Shown here one piece after another: positions 31,345-42,588 of a stretch of DNA of 64,000 nucleotides. This stretch comes from an uncultured delta proteobacterium (GTDB taxonomy: Bacteria; Desulfobacterota; Binatia; HRBIN30; BPIQ01): assembly GCA_963761335.1 (NCBI GenBank), contig CAVXGR010000018.1, positions 1,056,001 to 1,120,000 on the forward strand, written 5' to 3'. Both the position numbers and the translations under genes were made by a program. How positions within the stretch are numbered: the first letter of the stretch is position 1; every line of letters starts with the position of its first letter. A model generated the notes under the pieces. The model was not told the DNA's origin. It searched no databases and worked only from the letters and a program-made list of their open reading frames with translations.

Positions 31345-34116
31345 ATGGCACGGACCGACCAAAGATCGCCAATCCTCGGAAGAGACGTACCGCAACGCGT
31401 GGAAGTGGGACAAGGTCACCTGGGGATGCCACGCCGTCGACTGCTATCCCGGCGGCTGCCCGTGGCGGGTGTACTCGCCGCGACGGCAAGGTCGTGCGCG
31501 AGGAGCAGGCCAGCATCTTCGCGCCCATCGAGCCCGGCGTCCCCGACATGAACCCGATGGGCTGCCAGAAGGGCGCCTCGTGGAGCCAGCAGCACTACAA
31601 CGAGGAGCGCGTGCTCTACCCGATGAAGCGCGCCGGCAAGCGCGGCGAGGGCAAGTGGCAGCGCGTGTCGTGGGAGACCGCCTTCAACGACATCGCCGAC
31701 GCCATCCTGGACGCGGTCGAGGAGCAGGGGCCGCAGTCGCTCTACCACATCGGCACCCCGGGCGAGGGCGGCACGCAGCAGATCCTGTGGAACAATTTCT
31801 CGGCGCAGCTCGGCTTCCAGGTCACCGACCTGCAGGCCGAGATCAACGACTTCAGCCCCGGGATCTACACCACCTTCGGCAAGTTCGATCCGGCGCCGGG
31901 CGCCGACGACTTCTTCCACTGCGAGCTGGTGCTCATCTGGCACGCCAACCCGGTGTACACCAACATCACCTGGTACCACTTCATGCAGGAGGCGCGGTAC
32001 AACGGCGGCGAGGTCGTCACCATCGCGCCCGACTTCAGCCCCTCCGCCGTGCACGCCGACTATCACGTGCCGATCGAGATCGGCACCGACGCCGCGTTCG
32101 CCAATGCCATGTCGCAGGTGGTGATCGCCGAGGGGCTGGTCGACTGGGACTTCGTCAAGAAGCAGACCGATCTGCCGCTGCTCATCCGCATCGACACCCA
32201 CCGTTTCCTGCGCGCCTCGGATCTCGGTGGGGGCGCCGACGACCAGTTCTACTGGCTCGACGCGAGGACCGGCAAGATGCCGCGGCGCCCCGAGGATGAC
32301 CCTCGACCCCGGCGACGTCGACCCGGCACTCGAAGGCTCGACGGGGTGAAGCTGGCGGACGGCAAGGAGGTCGAGGTGCGCCCGGTCTTCTCGTTGCTGC
32401 GCGACATGCTCAATGCGCAGTATACGCCGGAGAAGGTGCAGGCGATGTGCGGCGTGCATCCGGACACGACGCGCAAGCTGGCGCGCAAGATCGCCAGAAG
32501 CGCACCCGCATCATGATGGGGTGGAACTCCGGCAAGTACTACCACGGCGACCTGATGGAGCGGGCGATGATGCTCATCCTCGGGCTCACCGGCAACTGGG
32601 GCAAGCACGGCACCGGCGCGCGCAGCTGGGCGGTCGGCCTCAACGACGGCATGTTCACGGTGCTGCTGAAGTCGCAGTCCGGTCCGGAGATGACGCTGGC
32701 GACGCGCGCCATGCGCGACGCGATGCTGCAGGCGATGATGGAGGCGGACCCGACCATCACCGACGAGATGGCCAAGTACACCGTCGAGCGCGAGATGACC
32801 CAGATGATGGGCATCTTCACGCCGCCGGCGTTCTTCTGGTACCACCACTGCGGCTACCGCGAGATCTGGAACCGCCCCGGGTACAACGACCCGGAGATGA
32901 AGCGCACCTTCGACGAGTATTTCCACGAGGCCTGCGAGAAGGGCTGGTGGGACAGCGGTGATCGAGCAGACGCGCCAGGCCGAGCCGCGCTTCCTGATCG
33001 AGGTGGGCGGCAACCTGCTGCGCCGCCAGCGCGGCGGCGCCGGCAGCTGCTCGAGCACCTGTGGCCGAAGCTGAAGATGATCGTCTCGGTCGACTGGCGC
33101 ATCAACACCACCGGCCTCTACGCCGACTACATCCTGCCGGCCGCGCAGCACTACGAGAAGGTGAACCAGCCGTACTCCAGCCCGATGCACCTGCACGTGC
33201 TGCTGATCGAGAAGGCCGCCGAGCCGGCCGGGGAGGCGCGCAGCGAGTGGCAGATGATCCAGGGCCTCGCCAAGGCGCTGGAGACGCGCTCCAAGGAGCG
33301 CGGCATCGAGGGGTGGCAGCGCAAGAACGGCGAGCCGGTGCCGCTGGAAAACCTGTGGAGCTGGATCACCAAGGGCGGCGATCTCGCCGACGACGCCCGG
33401 CTGATCGACGAGATGTTCCGCGACAGCGCCATCCTCGGGACCATGCCGCCCGACACGACGCTGGAGACGATGCGCGAGAAGGGGGCGGTGCGCGCCGTCG
33501 ACTGGGGCAACTCGTCGATGATGGTGTGCCAGCAGTCGCCGATCGAGCCCAACAAGACCCACACGCCGTTCCGCAACCACGTCGAGCAGCTCAAGCCCTA
33601 TCCGACGCTCAACCGCCGCGCCTCGTTCTACATCGACCACGACTGGTACCTCGAGGCGGGCGAGGAGATTCCGGTGCACAAGGACAACCCGCACCACGGC
33701 GGCGAGTACCCGCTGCGCCTCACCAGCGGCCATCCGCGCTGGAGCATCCACTCGATGAACCACACCAGCCGCGTCATGCTCGGCACCCATCGCGGCCATC
33801 CGGTGATGTACATGAACCCGGACGACATGGAGGAGCGCAGCCTCGACAACGGCGACGAGGCGTGCGTGTTCAACGATCTCGCCGACATGCGCATCCGCGT
33901 GCGCCGCTCGCCGGGCACCAAGCCGGGGCAGGTGGTCATCTACAACGGCTACGAGCCGTTCCAGTTCAAGGACTGGAGGGGCCCGGAGAACGTCGAGCCG
34001 GGCATGGTGAAGTGGCTGCACTTCGCCGGCGGCTACGGCCACCTGCAGTACCGCGGCCTGCACTGGCAGCCGATCCCCATCGACCGCGCCGTGCACCTCG
34101 ACGTGAGAAGGCGTAG
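31345..34116 (+). CDS. Type II molybdoenzyme alpha subunit 4, no Tat leader, frameshifted
   Basis: WKWDKVTWGCHAVDCYPGGC...PMGCQKG; EINDFSPG; GKYYHG; GHPRWSIH. Confidence 0.9.
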
Positions 34117-34120
34117 GAGG

Positions 34121-34291
34121 CCCTCACCCTGACCCTCTCCCGCAGAAGACGCGGGAGAGGGAACCCGCGCACGTAGCGACGGAGCTTGCCGCATACTGAT
34201 TCTCACTTCTCATGTTGTCGTCCCCGCACGTACCCGCAACGGCCACAGGTTCCCTCTCCCGCTCTTTTGCGGGAGAGGGTCAGGGTGAGGG
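34121..34291. repeat. REP doublet (CCCTCACCCTGACCCTCTCCCGC...GCGGGAGAGGGTCAGGGTGAGGG family)
   Basis: Long inverted repeat; degenerate relatives at ~24360-24432 and within 41995-42430. Confidence 0.85.
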
Positions 34292-37135
34292 TACGGGTGC
34301 GGCCCCTCTCACCCGCCGCCAGTTCCTGATCGCCGGAGCGGCGGGGGCGGTGGCGCTGTCCTTGCGGCGGCTTGCCTTTGCGGCGCCGGAGACGGCGGCC
34401 GTCACCGCCGCACCGGCGCCGCTACCCGACTACCGCACCTGGGAGGACGTCTACCGCGCCAACTGGAGCTGGGATCGCGTCGTTCGCGGCACCCACCTGC
34501 GCGCCAACTGCTTCAGCGCCTGCTCCTTCGATCTGTACGTGAAGGACGGCGTGGTGTGGCGCGAGGAGCAGGCCGACGTCTACGCCCGCGAGGCCCCGGG
34601 TCTGCCCGACTACGCGCCGCGCGGCTGCCAGAAGGGCAACTGCTACAGCTCGCTGACGGTGGCTCCCGGTCGCGTGACCTATCCGCTCGAGCGCGTCGGC
34701 CCGCGCGGCTCGGGGAAATGGCGCCGCATGTCGTGGGACGAGGCCCTCGATCGCGTCGCCGACGCGATTCTCGACGCCGCGACAAAGGGCGGCACGGAGA
34801 CCGTCGTCTACGACAACGGCACCTCCAACATCGACTGGGGCCCGAGCACGATCGGCGAGATGCGGCTCTTCGGCATGCTCGGCGCCACCATGCTCGACGG
34901 CTTCGCCGGCACCGGCGACCTCGCCAAGGGGGCGCTGCAGACCTGGGGCACGTCCTTCGTCGACGGCTCGTCCGACGACTGGTTCCGCGCCGACACCCTG
35001 TTCTTCTGGCACTGCAACCCGATGGCCACGCGCATCCCCGACGCGCACTTCGCCACCGAGGCGCGCTATCGCGGCGCCACCGTCGTCACCGTCGGTCCCG
35101 ACCTCTCGCCGAGCGCCATCCACGCCTCCCTGTGGGTCAACCCGCAGCCCGGCACCGATGCGGCGCTGGCCCTCGGCCTGGCGCGCGAGCTCATCGAGCG
35201 CGGCGCGGTCGACGAGGCCTACGTGCGCGAGCAGACCGATCTGCCGTTTCTGGTGCGCGACGACAACGGTCGCTTCCTGCGCCAGTCCGACATGTCGGAG
35301 GGAGGCGACGACGACGTCTTCTACGTCGCCGACATGCACACGGGGGACATCGTCGAGGCTCCGGGAACCCCGGGCTGCTGGAGCGACTCGCTCGCTCTCG
35401 GCGACCTGGAGCCGGCGCTCGGCGGGCGCTTCGAGGTGCAGACGCCGCAAGGGAAGGTCGCCGTGCGCCCGGTGATGGAGCGCCTGCGCGAGCGGCTGGC
35501 GGCGTACACGCCGGAGTACGTCGCGGAGGTGACCGGGGTCGGGCCGGCGACCCAGGCGCGGCTCGCGGATCTGCTGGCCACGCTCGGCGGACGCTGATCT
35601 ACGCGACCTGGGGCTCGTGCAAGTCGTACCACGGCGATCTGCTGCAGCGCTCTTTGATCCTGCTCTCGGCGCTGCGCGGCCAGCACGGCCGCACCGGGTC
35701 CGGCGTGCGCTTCGCCGCCTGGCTGCCCTTCGAGGGTGCCGACGCGCTGATCGGAGCGCAGCCGTCGTGGCTGCAGCGCAGGCGCTGCGCATCTACACGC
35801 CGCCGCCGCGGGCGATGGAGGAGGCCATCGCCGAGGCCTCGGCGACGCGGCTCACCTGGACGCCGTCGCACCTCTTCCTCTACGTGCACGGCGGTCTGGA
35901 CGCGGCGCAGGACGAGGCGCCGCGCGAGACGCCGCGCCCCACGTCCCGCGCGACTACTTCCGCGAGGCGATGGAGCGCGGCTGGCTCCCGCCGCGGCCGG
36001 CGGCGGATCGACCGCCGCGGGTTCTGGTGACCTCGGGCGTCAACCCGCTGCGGCGCTGGCCGGTGCCGCAGGTGATCGAGCGGGTGCTGTGGCCCAAGCT
36101 GAAGCTCATCGTCGCCATCGACACGCGCGTGTCGACCACGGGCCTGAAGGCCGATCTGATCCTGCCGGCGGCCGGCTACTACGAGAAGCGCGGCATCAAG
36201 TACGCCGTGGCGCTGGCGCCGTACGTCGTCGTCGGCGATCGCGCCGTGCCGCCGCTGGGCGAGTCGAAGCCGGAGTGGGAGATCATGGCCCTGCTGGCGC
36301 GCTGCATGCAGGAGCGTGCTCGAGCGCGGGGTCTCAGGGCGACGTGCGCGAAGATCTACGATCGCTTCACCGAGGACGGCCGCTTCGGCCCGGGAGCGAC
36401 GAGGCGGTTCTCGACCAGATCCTGGAGGGACTCGTCGTCGACCAAGGGGATGAGCTGGGGCGAGGCGCGCAAGCGCGGGGCGATGCAGGCGCGGTCGGCG
36501 GGCGGCTGGGGGACGACCAGCGGCATCGGCAGCGAGATCGAGCCGCAGGGGAGCCTGAGCCCGTCGCGCATTCACGTCGAGGGCAAGCACGCCTGGCCGA
36601 CGCTGACCGGCCGGCAGCAGTTCTATCTCGATCACCCGTGGTTCTTCGAGGCCGACGAGGTGCTGCCGCGCTGGAAGCCGCTGCCCGGCATCGGTCGGCG
36701 CTATCCGATCTGCTCACCGGCGGCCACACGCGCTGGAGCATCCACGCCATCTGGCGGACGGAGCCGAGACTGCTGCGCCTGCAGCGCGGCGAGCCGTCGA
36801 TGTGGATGGCGATCGCGGACGCGCAGGCCCGCGGCATCGACGATAACGACATCGTTCTGGTGCGCAACGATCACGGCTCGTTCCGCGTGCGCGCCCGCCT
36901 GGCGCCGAGCGTGGCTCCCGGCGAGGCGATTCTCTATCACGCCTGGGAGCCGCTGCAGTTCCCCGGCTGGCAGGGCAACATGGAGGTGGTCGCGTCGCCC
37001 TACAAGCCCACGCACCTGGTCGGCGACTACGGTCACCTTCGCTACCGCGTCTTCTCCAGCGGGCCGCAGCACGTCCCGCGCGGCGTGCCGGTGGAGATCG
37101 AGCGGCTGGACAAAGGATCGGAGAATGTAAAATGA
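34212..37135 (+). CDS. Type II molybdoenzyme alpha subunit 5, frameshifted
   Basis: Tat TRRQFL; HLRANCFSAC...PRGCQKG; GTGDLAKG; CKSYHG; GGHTRWSIH; YHAWE. Confidence 0.9.
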
Positions 37136-37244
37136 AGAACCGGTGACCGGGAATGGAGAGCCGGCAAACGGCTCGGATTCGACTCGCACGACTTCATCAG
37201 CCGGTTCTCCATTCCCGGTCACCGGTTCTCGATTTTACATTCTC
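37121..37244. terminator. Long hairpin between convergent alpha-5 and the delta chaperone (CCGGGAATG repeat family)
   Basis: GAGAATGTAAAAT..AGAACCGGTGACCGGGAATGGAGA / TCTCCATTCCCGGTCACCGGTTCT..ATTTTACATTCTC. Confidence 0.7.
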
Positions 37245-37295
37245 TTCTCTTTCCCCCGGGTAGGCGGCGTGCCCCGCGGCGCCGGTCGCTGCCCT

Positions 37296-37961
37296 TCAAC
37301 CGTCGCCACACTGCGCCCGCGCGTACGCCTGATCCGCCTCGAAGAAGGCGCCGGCGAAGGCGACCAGCGCGGCGAAGAAGGGCAGCGGGTCGTGCTTCTG
37401 CAGCCGCCCCTGGAGGCGCGGCATCCAGCGGCACAGGTGGCGCCCGAGAAAGTCGCGCTGGGCCCGTAGCAGCGGCGTCGCATCGATCCCGTGCTGCCGC
37501 GCCTCCGCCTCGCGATAGGTGAGGTAGTGCAGGAACTCCAGCTCGGTGGTGAGGTGGTCGGGGAGCTCGTGCACCTCCGGCGACAGATGCAGCTGGAAGA
37601 AGTTGTAGAAGCGCGTCGCCTCCTCCATCACCTTCATGCGGTCGCCGATGTAGATGCCGCCGTAGAGAGGGCAGGGGGGGCCGGCGGCGCCGACGTCGAA
37701 GAGGCGGATGTACTCCGACTGGAACTCCGTGTACGAGGCGCCGCCGTCGCCCAGGTCGTCGGTGACCTGCGCACCCAGACCGTGGGGCAGCCAGGCGCAC
37801 GCCTCGCGGCAGGCAGCGGCGAACTCTCCGGCGCCGACCGCCGCGTGCAGCTCCTCGTCGGGAAAGGCGAAGGCGGCCCCGAGAAGCTGATACAGGCGCG
37901 AGCGCGCCGCCGCCACTCGCGCGGCTTCACTGTCGAGCTCGGTGAGACGCGCGGCCTCCAT
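37296..37961 (-). CDS. TorD/DmsD/EbdD-family molybdoenzyme maturation chaperone (delta)
   Basis: ARSRLYQLL..AFAFP, EYIRLFDVG, ELPDHLTTELEFLHYL, QRDFL.RHL..W. Confidence 0.92.
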   Translation of the reverse strand: MEAARLTELDSEAARVAAARSRLYQLLGAAFAFPDEELHAAVGAGEFAAACREACAWLPHGLGAQVTDDLGDGGASYTEFQSEYIRLFDVGAAGPPCPLYGGIYIGDRMKVMEEATRFYNFFQLHLSPEVHELPDHLTTELEFLHYLTYREAEARQHGIDATPLLRAQRDFLGRHLCRWMPRLQGRLQKHDPLPFFAALVAFAGAFFEADQAYARAQCGDG

Positions 37962-37963
37962 GA

Positions 37964-39067
37964 TTACACCTTGCGCGGCTCGAGCTTTGCCGGATCGTTG
38001 GTGAACGGACCGAACAGACCCTTCCACTCGTAGACGATGAGCAGATCCATGAGCTCGGACTTGCCTCCTGCCTTGGTCTTGGCCATCTCGGCGTTGAGAG
38101 TGTCGAGGGCGGCATCGACGCCATTTCCAAAGAGATACTTGAGGTATTCGGTGGGGATCCGCGGCTTCGACTCGTCGAGATTGCCGTCGGCGTCGAAGCG
38201 CGGCGGCGAGATCGGCGGCACGTAGTAGATGTTGGGATCGGTGCCGTCCTCGGAGTGCAGCGGCAGGGCCACCTTCCATTTCTTGACCAGCTTGTGGATC
38301 GGGCCGTTCTCGTCGTCGAGGAAGCCGACGAAGCGCAGGCGCCCGGGGCACTGTCGCGCGCACGCCGGGGCCACGCCCTTCTCGACGCGCGGGTAGCAGA
38401 AGATGCACTTCTGCCCGATCTTGCGGGCGTGGTTGAAGTAGATCTTCTTGTACGGACAGGCCTCGACGCAGAAGCGATATCCCTTGCAGCGCTCCTCGCT
38501 GATGAGGACGATACCGTCTTCCTCGCGCTTGTAGATGGCGTTGCGGGGACAGGCCTCGAGGCAGGCGGGATGAGTGCAGTGATTGCAGATGCGCGGCATG
38601 TAGAAGTAGAAGCTGTTCGGGTAGCGTCCGCCGCCCTGGTCCTCGTCCCAGTTCGGACCCCACTCCGGCTTGCCGGAGGGCTGCAGGTGGACGGTGTTGC
38701 CCTTGCCGCTGAAGAAGACCTCGTCGTAGTTGAACTCCCACGCGTCACCGAAGTCGGCCCGGGTGGGCAGCTGGCCGGCCTGCGGCTCCTCGTCGCGGAA
38801 GCCGCCGCCGAGGCGCTCCCAGTCGCGCGGCGTGCCCTTGCCGGGCTGCGTGTTGACGGTCGCCCACCACATGTACTCCATGCCCTCGTCGCGGGTCCAC
38901 AGGGTCTTGCAGGCGATCACGCAGGTCTGGCATCCGAGGCACTTGTTGAGATCGAACACCATGGCGACCTGACGCTTGCAGTATCGCAGGCGCGCCTTCT
39001 GGCTCTTCAGCTCGCTGGCGAGCTCCTTGGCGCGTTCCGCCTTCTGTTGGGGGTTGGTCTCGGCCAT
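37964..39067 (-). CDS. Type II molybdoenzyme Fe-S beta subunit 2, intact
   Basis: MVFDLNKCLGCQTCVIACK, GPNWDED, CNHCTHPACLEACP, CKGYRFCVEACP, CIFCYPR, CARQCPGR. Confidence 0.95.
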   Translation of the reverse strand: MAETNPQQKAERAKELASELKSQKARLRYCKRQVAMVFDLNKCLGCQTCVIACKTLWTRDEGMEYMWWATVNTQPGKGTPRDWERLGGGFRDEEPQAGQLPTRADFGDAWEFNYDEVFFSGKGNTVHLQPSGKPEWGPNWDEDQGGGRYPNSFYFYMPRICNHCTHPACLEACPRNAIYKREEDGIVLISEERCKGYRFCVEACPYKKIYFNHARKIGQKCIFCYPRVEKGVAPACARQCPGRLRFVGFLDDENGPIHKLVKKWKVALPLHSEDGTDPNIYYVPPISPPRFDADGNLDESKPRIPTEYLKYLFGNGVDAALDTLNAEMAKTKAGGKSELMDLLIVYEWKGLFGPFTNDPAKLEPRKV

Positions 39068-39083
39068 TGCCGCCTCTCCTTCC

Positions 39084-39743
39084 TCAGGCCTCGATCTCGA
39101 GGTCGCGCCACTCTTTGGAGAACGATTTGACGCCGGCGCGCTCGCCGTTGCTGCCTTCCCAGACGGCGAAGCCGATCTTCACGGTGCGCCCCGGGGCGAG
39201 CTGGACGGTCTCGTCCTGTTGCTCGGGGACGGCGAGAGGACGCGTGAACACCACCGCCCAGGCGCCGTTCGCCCAGAAGGAGCGCGTGGCGATGGCGCAG
39301 CGCTTGGTGAACTCCGTCGTTCCCAGACCGTGGGCGATGGTGTTGCGCGGCTGATCGTCGAAGTCGGCGCGCCAGAACCAGGCGTTCACCGGTGCCTTCT
39401 GGCTGCCCATCTCATCGATGGGTGGATCACCGCCGTTCAGCGGCATGAGCACGCCGCAGCCGTCGGCGAAGCGGTTGATGTCGGAGATCTCCGCGTCCTT
39501 GCTGGCGTCTTCCCAGGTCAGGTGAAAGAAGATGTCGCTGCCGTTGTGTACCGCCTGCACGACCAGGTTCCTCACCTTGCCGATCTCCCGCTCGTTGCGA
39601 CTGGCCTTGATGTACTCCGAGGGCTGGTTGGCGAGCGGCGTCGCGGCCATCTGCAGCAGCTCCTGGGCGATGGCGTCGCGCCAGGCCGCCGCCTGCGGGT
39701 CGAGCAGCTGCTCGCGTGTCCCCGTCACTTTCTTGCAGAGCAT
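39084..39743 (-). CDS. Heme-b gamma subunit (EbdC/S25dC-like)
   Basis: FHLTWED, FADG, EMGS (candidate Met ligand), VNAWFW, FAVWEGSNGERAGVK (candidate Lys ligand); no signal peptide. Confidence 0.92.
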   Translation of the reverse strand: MLCKKVTGTREQLLDPQAAAWRDAIAQELLQMAATPLANQPSEYIKASRNEREIGKVRNLVVQAVHNGSDIFFHLTWEDASKDAEISDINRFADGCGVLMPLNGGDPPIDEMGSQKAPVNAWFWRADFDDQPRNTIAHGLGTTEFTKRCAIATRSFWANGAWAVVFTRPLAVPEQQDETVQLAPGRTVKIGFAVWEGSNGERAGVKSFSKEWRDLEIEA

Positions 39744-40378
39744 CTGGCAGCCTCCTTGTTCTCCGTTTCTGACCAGGCAACGTCGGGCAGGATACAGCGC
39801 TCGACGATGCGGACCACGTTGCGCTTGATGTGTTCCACACTGGTGCGGCTGAAGACGTCGCTCTGCCACGACGGCACCAGATGCGGCGCCGAGGTGAACA
39901 GAAAGGCGACCAGGCCGACGATACCGAGGACCAGCGCCAGCGGATCGATCGGCGCGAAGATGCGCGCCTCCTGGCCGGCGCGGAGGAAGTCGGCGATGGC
40001 ATGCAGAAGGCGCTCGGCATCGGGTGTCTTGTAGCCGATGGGGACGTCGCCGAGGCTCTGGCGCAGCAGGATCTTGGCGCGGTCGGGATGCGCCGCCACC
40101 AGATCCACGTAAGCTTCGGTCAGAGCGCGGATCTTGTCGAGCGCCGGAGCCTCAATGGAGAGGGTGTCCTTGACGATGTCCTCGGTCTCCGCGAGGCTGC
40201 GCTCCACCACCGCCCGGTAGAGGTCGTCCTTGCTGGCGAAGTAGTGGAACAGGGACGCCTTGCGGATGCCGACGCGCGCGGCGATCTCGTGGAGCTTGGT
40301 ACCGTGGTAGCCCAGCTCCCCCAGCGACGCCTGCGCCGCTTCCAGGATGAGGTCGCGCCTGCCGCGCTCGTCCGCCAT
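39725..40378 (-). CDS. TetR/AcrR family regulator
   Basis: ILEAA...GYHGTKLHEIAARVGIRKASLFHYFASKDDL HTH; overlaps the gamma start. Confidence 0.95.
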   Translation of the reverse strand: MADERGRRDLILEAAQASLGELGYHGTKLHEIAARVGIRKASLFHYFASKDDLYRAVVERSLAETEDIVKDTLSIEAPALDKIRALTEAYVDLVAAHPDRAKILLRQSLGDVPIGYKTPDAERLLHAIADFLRAGQEARIFAPIDPLALVLGIVGLVAFLFTSAPHLVPSWQSDVFSRTSVEHIKRNVVRIVERCILPDVAWSETENKEAARCSARK

Positions 40379-40386
40379 GGGGCGAG

Positions 40387-40402
40387 TCTACCGAACGGTC
40401 GG
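40387..40402. promoter_or_regulatory. Putative autoregulatory TetR operator
   Basis: TCTACCGAACGGTCGG, 8 nt upstream of the tetR ATG. Confidence 0.75.
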
Positions 40403-40522
40403 GAGGGGGACATGACCAATGTCAGCATTGCAGCTGATCGACGAGAGCCGTCGCGGCGGCGTCCGGGGAGGGGCAGAGTAGAAGCGGCGTCTCGCCGCTT
40501 CGAAAGCACCGGGACGGCGCTT

Positions 40523-41872
40523 CTACTCCGTGCGGGTGACCGATATGGTCCCGTAGAACGGCAGCAGGAGTCCCTCTCGGACCTCGATCTGCTGTCCGCT
40601 CGGCTCGGGCTCGAGGGCCGGGCCAGAGAGTGGATCGTAGCAGTTCATGATCGGCGCGGGGTCGAGTCGGCTCTGGAACTGCGGCGCCAGGAAGGCAGCG
40701 AGCTGTGCCTGCAGGTCCAGGTTGGCGATGCCGGCCTCCTCGCCGGCGACTTCGTCGAGGAAATCCCACGGGGTCACGCACACGCGCGGCGTCGGTGCGG
40801 CGACCGTCTCGGCGCCCAGGGTCGTACTGACCACGGCACAGCTCGAAGCGTCGTCGGGTGTGATCTCGATCTGGACACCGGGGCGGGTGATCCAGTGATA
40901 GCGAACCTCGAGCCGCGTACCGCTGCTGCCTGGAGGCGCACAGACGCGCCAGGCAACCGGAGAGGTTCGATTCGGCAGCATCATCGCCCACGACTCGAGG
41001 CTGTCGAGCGAGGTGTAGGGCGCGGGCCCGATGTCCTGCAGTCGCAGGACATCGGTGATCAGCACGGCGGGAAACGGCCCGGCGCCGGCATCGGTGAAGC
41101 GGGACGGATCGTCGAAGGCGAGGGCCTTTGCCGGATCGGGGTGATAGAGCTCCGACTCGCGGTAGGGATTGTAGAAGGCGTCGACGACGGTCTTGCCGTC
41201 GACGGTGCGGCTATTGGCCATGAAGGTGATCGGGTGCAGCTCGGTCTGGAAGTTGACGTGCCCGCAATCGACGATCCAGTTCCCCATGACCAGGACACGG
41301 CTGTCCTGGTCCGGAACGAAGCGGTCGAAGATTCCCTGGCGCGAGCGCGCCGACATGGCCTCCCACTCCTGTCCCGTGGCCGGCCCTGGGGGACCCTCCT
41401 CGTGCGGCAGCTGTCCCTCCGAGATCTCGACGTGGAGGTTGCCGCCGACCACGCCGCGGTTCTGGGCCGCCTCGGCGTAAGCGGAGTCGAGCACCACGTC
41501 CATATTGAAGTCGGAGCCGAAGGTGTGGTCGAAGGGAAAATCGCCGCCGCCGATCGAGACGCCGGTTGCCGCCCCCGCGACCATGATCTCGCTGGGAGAC
41601 TCCTTGATGTCGGCGAGCCGTTTCGGGACCTTGTAGTCGAACGGGCTCCCCTGCGTCAGCTCGGCGAGGAAACGGCGGTCATCGGCGCCGCAGACCGTTT
41701 TCGGGTCGGCGGGCGGATAGTCGCCGTTGGCGGCGACGGCCGCCTCCTGGTCAAAGGTGAGGACCGCCTGATCCGGCGCCGTGCGGCTGAGCGCCGCGGG
41801 ATTGTCCTCATCGCCGCAGCCCGCCAGCAGCAGCAGGGTGAAAATCGAAAAGACCACGAGTGTATGTCGCAC
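40523..41872 (-). CDS. Hypothetical lipoprotein
   Basis: Lipobox LLLAGC; acidic 449-aa ORF; WIVDCGH...ELHP. Confidence 0.8.
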   Translation of the reverse strand: MRHTLVVFSIFTLLLLAGCGDEDNPAALSRTAPDQAVLTFDQEAAVAANGDYPPADPKTVCGADDRRFLAELTQGSPFDYKVPKRLADIKESPSEIMVAGAATGVSIGGGDFPFDHTFGSDFNMDVVLDSAYAEAAQNRGVVGGNLHVEISEGQLPHEEGPPGPATGQEWEAMSARSRQGIFDRFVPDQDSRVLVMGNWIVDCGHVNFQTELHPITFMANSRTVDGKTVVDAFYNPYRESELYHPDPAKALAFDDPSRFTDAGAGPFPAVLITDVLRLQDIGPAPYTSLDSLESWAMMLPNRTSPVAWRVCAPPGSSGTRLEVRYHWITRPGVQIEITPDDASSCAVVSTTLGAETVAAPTPRVCVTPWDFLDEVAGEEAGIANLDLQAQLAAFLAPQFQSRLDPAPIMNCYDPLSGPALEPEPSGQQIEVREGLLLPFYGTISVTRTE

Positions 41873-41948
41873 GGCTCCCCCCCGTGGACGAATTTGTAGC
41901 CGGCCTCGGCCAGCCTGTGCAACCGCTCATGCAAAAAGTTGGGGACTG

Positions 41949-42469
41949 TTCTAATTCGACGTCTGCGACGGTCACCGGCGCCGACAAACTGGGTCTCCGC
42001 TCCCGCATTGCCTGCGGGAAGAGGAACAAGGTGAGGGATCCCTTCTCGCTGAAAGCTGGTGGATCTTCGCGGCGTTCAAAGAGTCGGCGCCCTCACCCCG
42101 GCCCTTCTATGACGGCCATGCGGGAGAGGGAACGCGCGCCCCGAAGCGCACACCCAACAGAGTTTCGAAGCAGTGCGTCATGAGCCTGAGCGAGCTCACC
42201 AACAGACGATGAAAATGGACGGCGTCCTGATGCACCGATCAGACGCTTGCGATGGTACTTCCGCGCCGCCGCGGGGCGCTGATCTCCAATCCGCAGCTTT
42301 CCGCGGGGAGAGGACCAAGGTGAGGGGTTCCTGCGCCCACTGCGAGCTCGATGAATTTCCACGGCCTTCACAGAGATCGGTACCCTCACCCAGACCCTCT
42401 CGCGGCGAGAGTAATACGGGAGAGGGAACGCGCCCCCGAAGCGCTTCACCCAACAGATTTTCGAAGCAG
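41949..42469. mobile_element. Tandem pair of small non-coding elements inserted in a REP arm (first unit partial, second 42174-42469)
   Basis: Left end TGCGTCATGAGCCT...GACGATGAAAATG; right end CACCCAACAGA(T/G)TTTCGAAGCAG at 42173 and 42469; flanks GGGGACTG | GCTTCTTTTCGGCG rebuild a REP arm. Confidence 0.6.
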
Positions 42470-42588
42470 GCTTCTTTTCGGCGCCAACGTCCCCCCATGA
42501 TAGCGACCGTTGCGCGTTGCCGAAAAGATGCCGTGTCCCCGGCGCCGGGATGCTGGCGACTGTTTTGCCGCGGGTGTAGAGAATTCCC

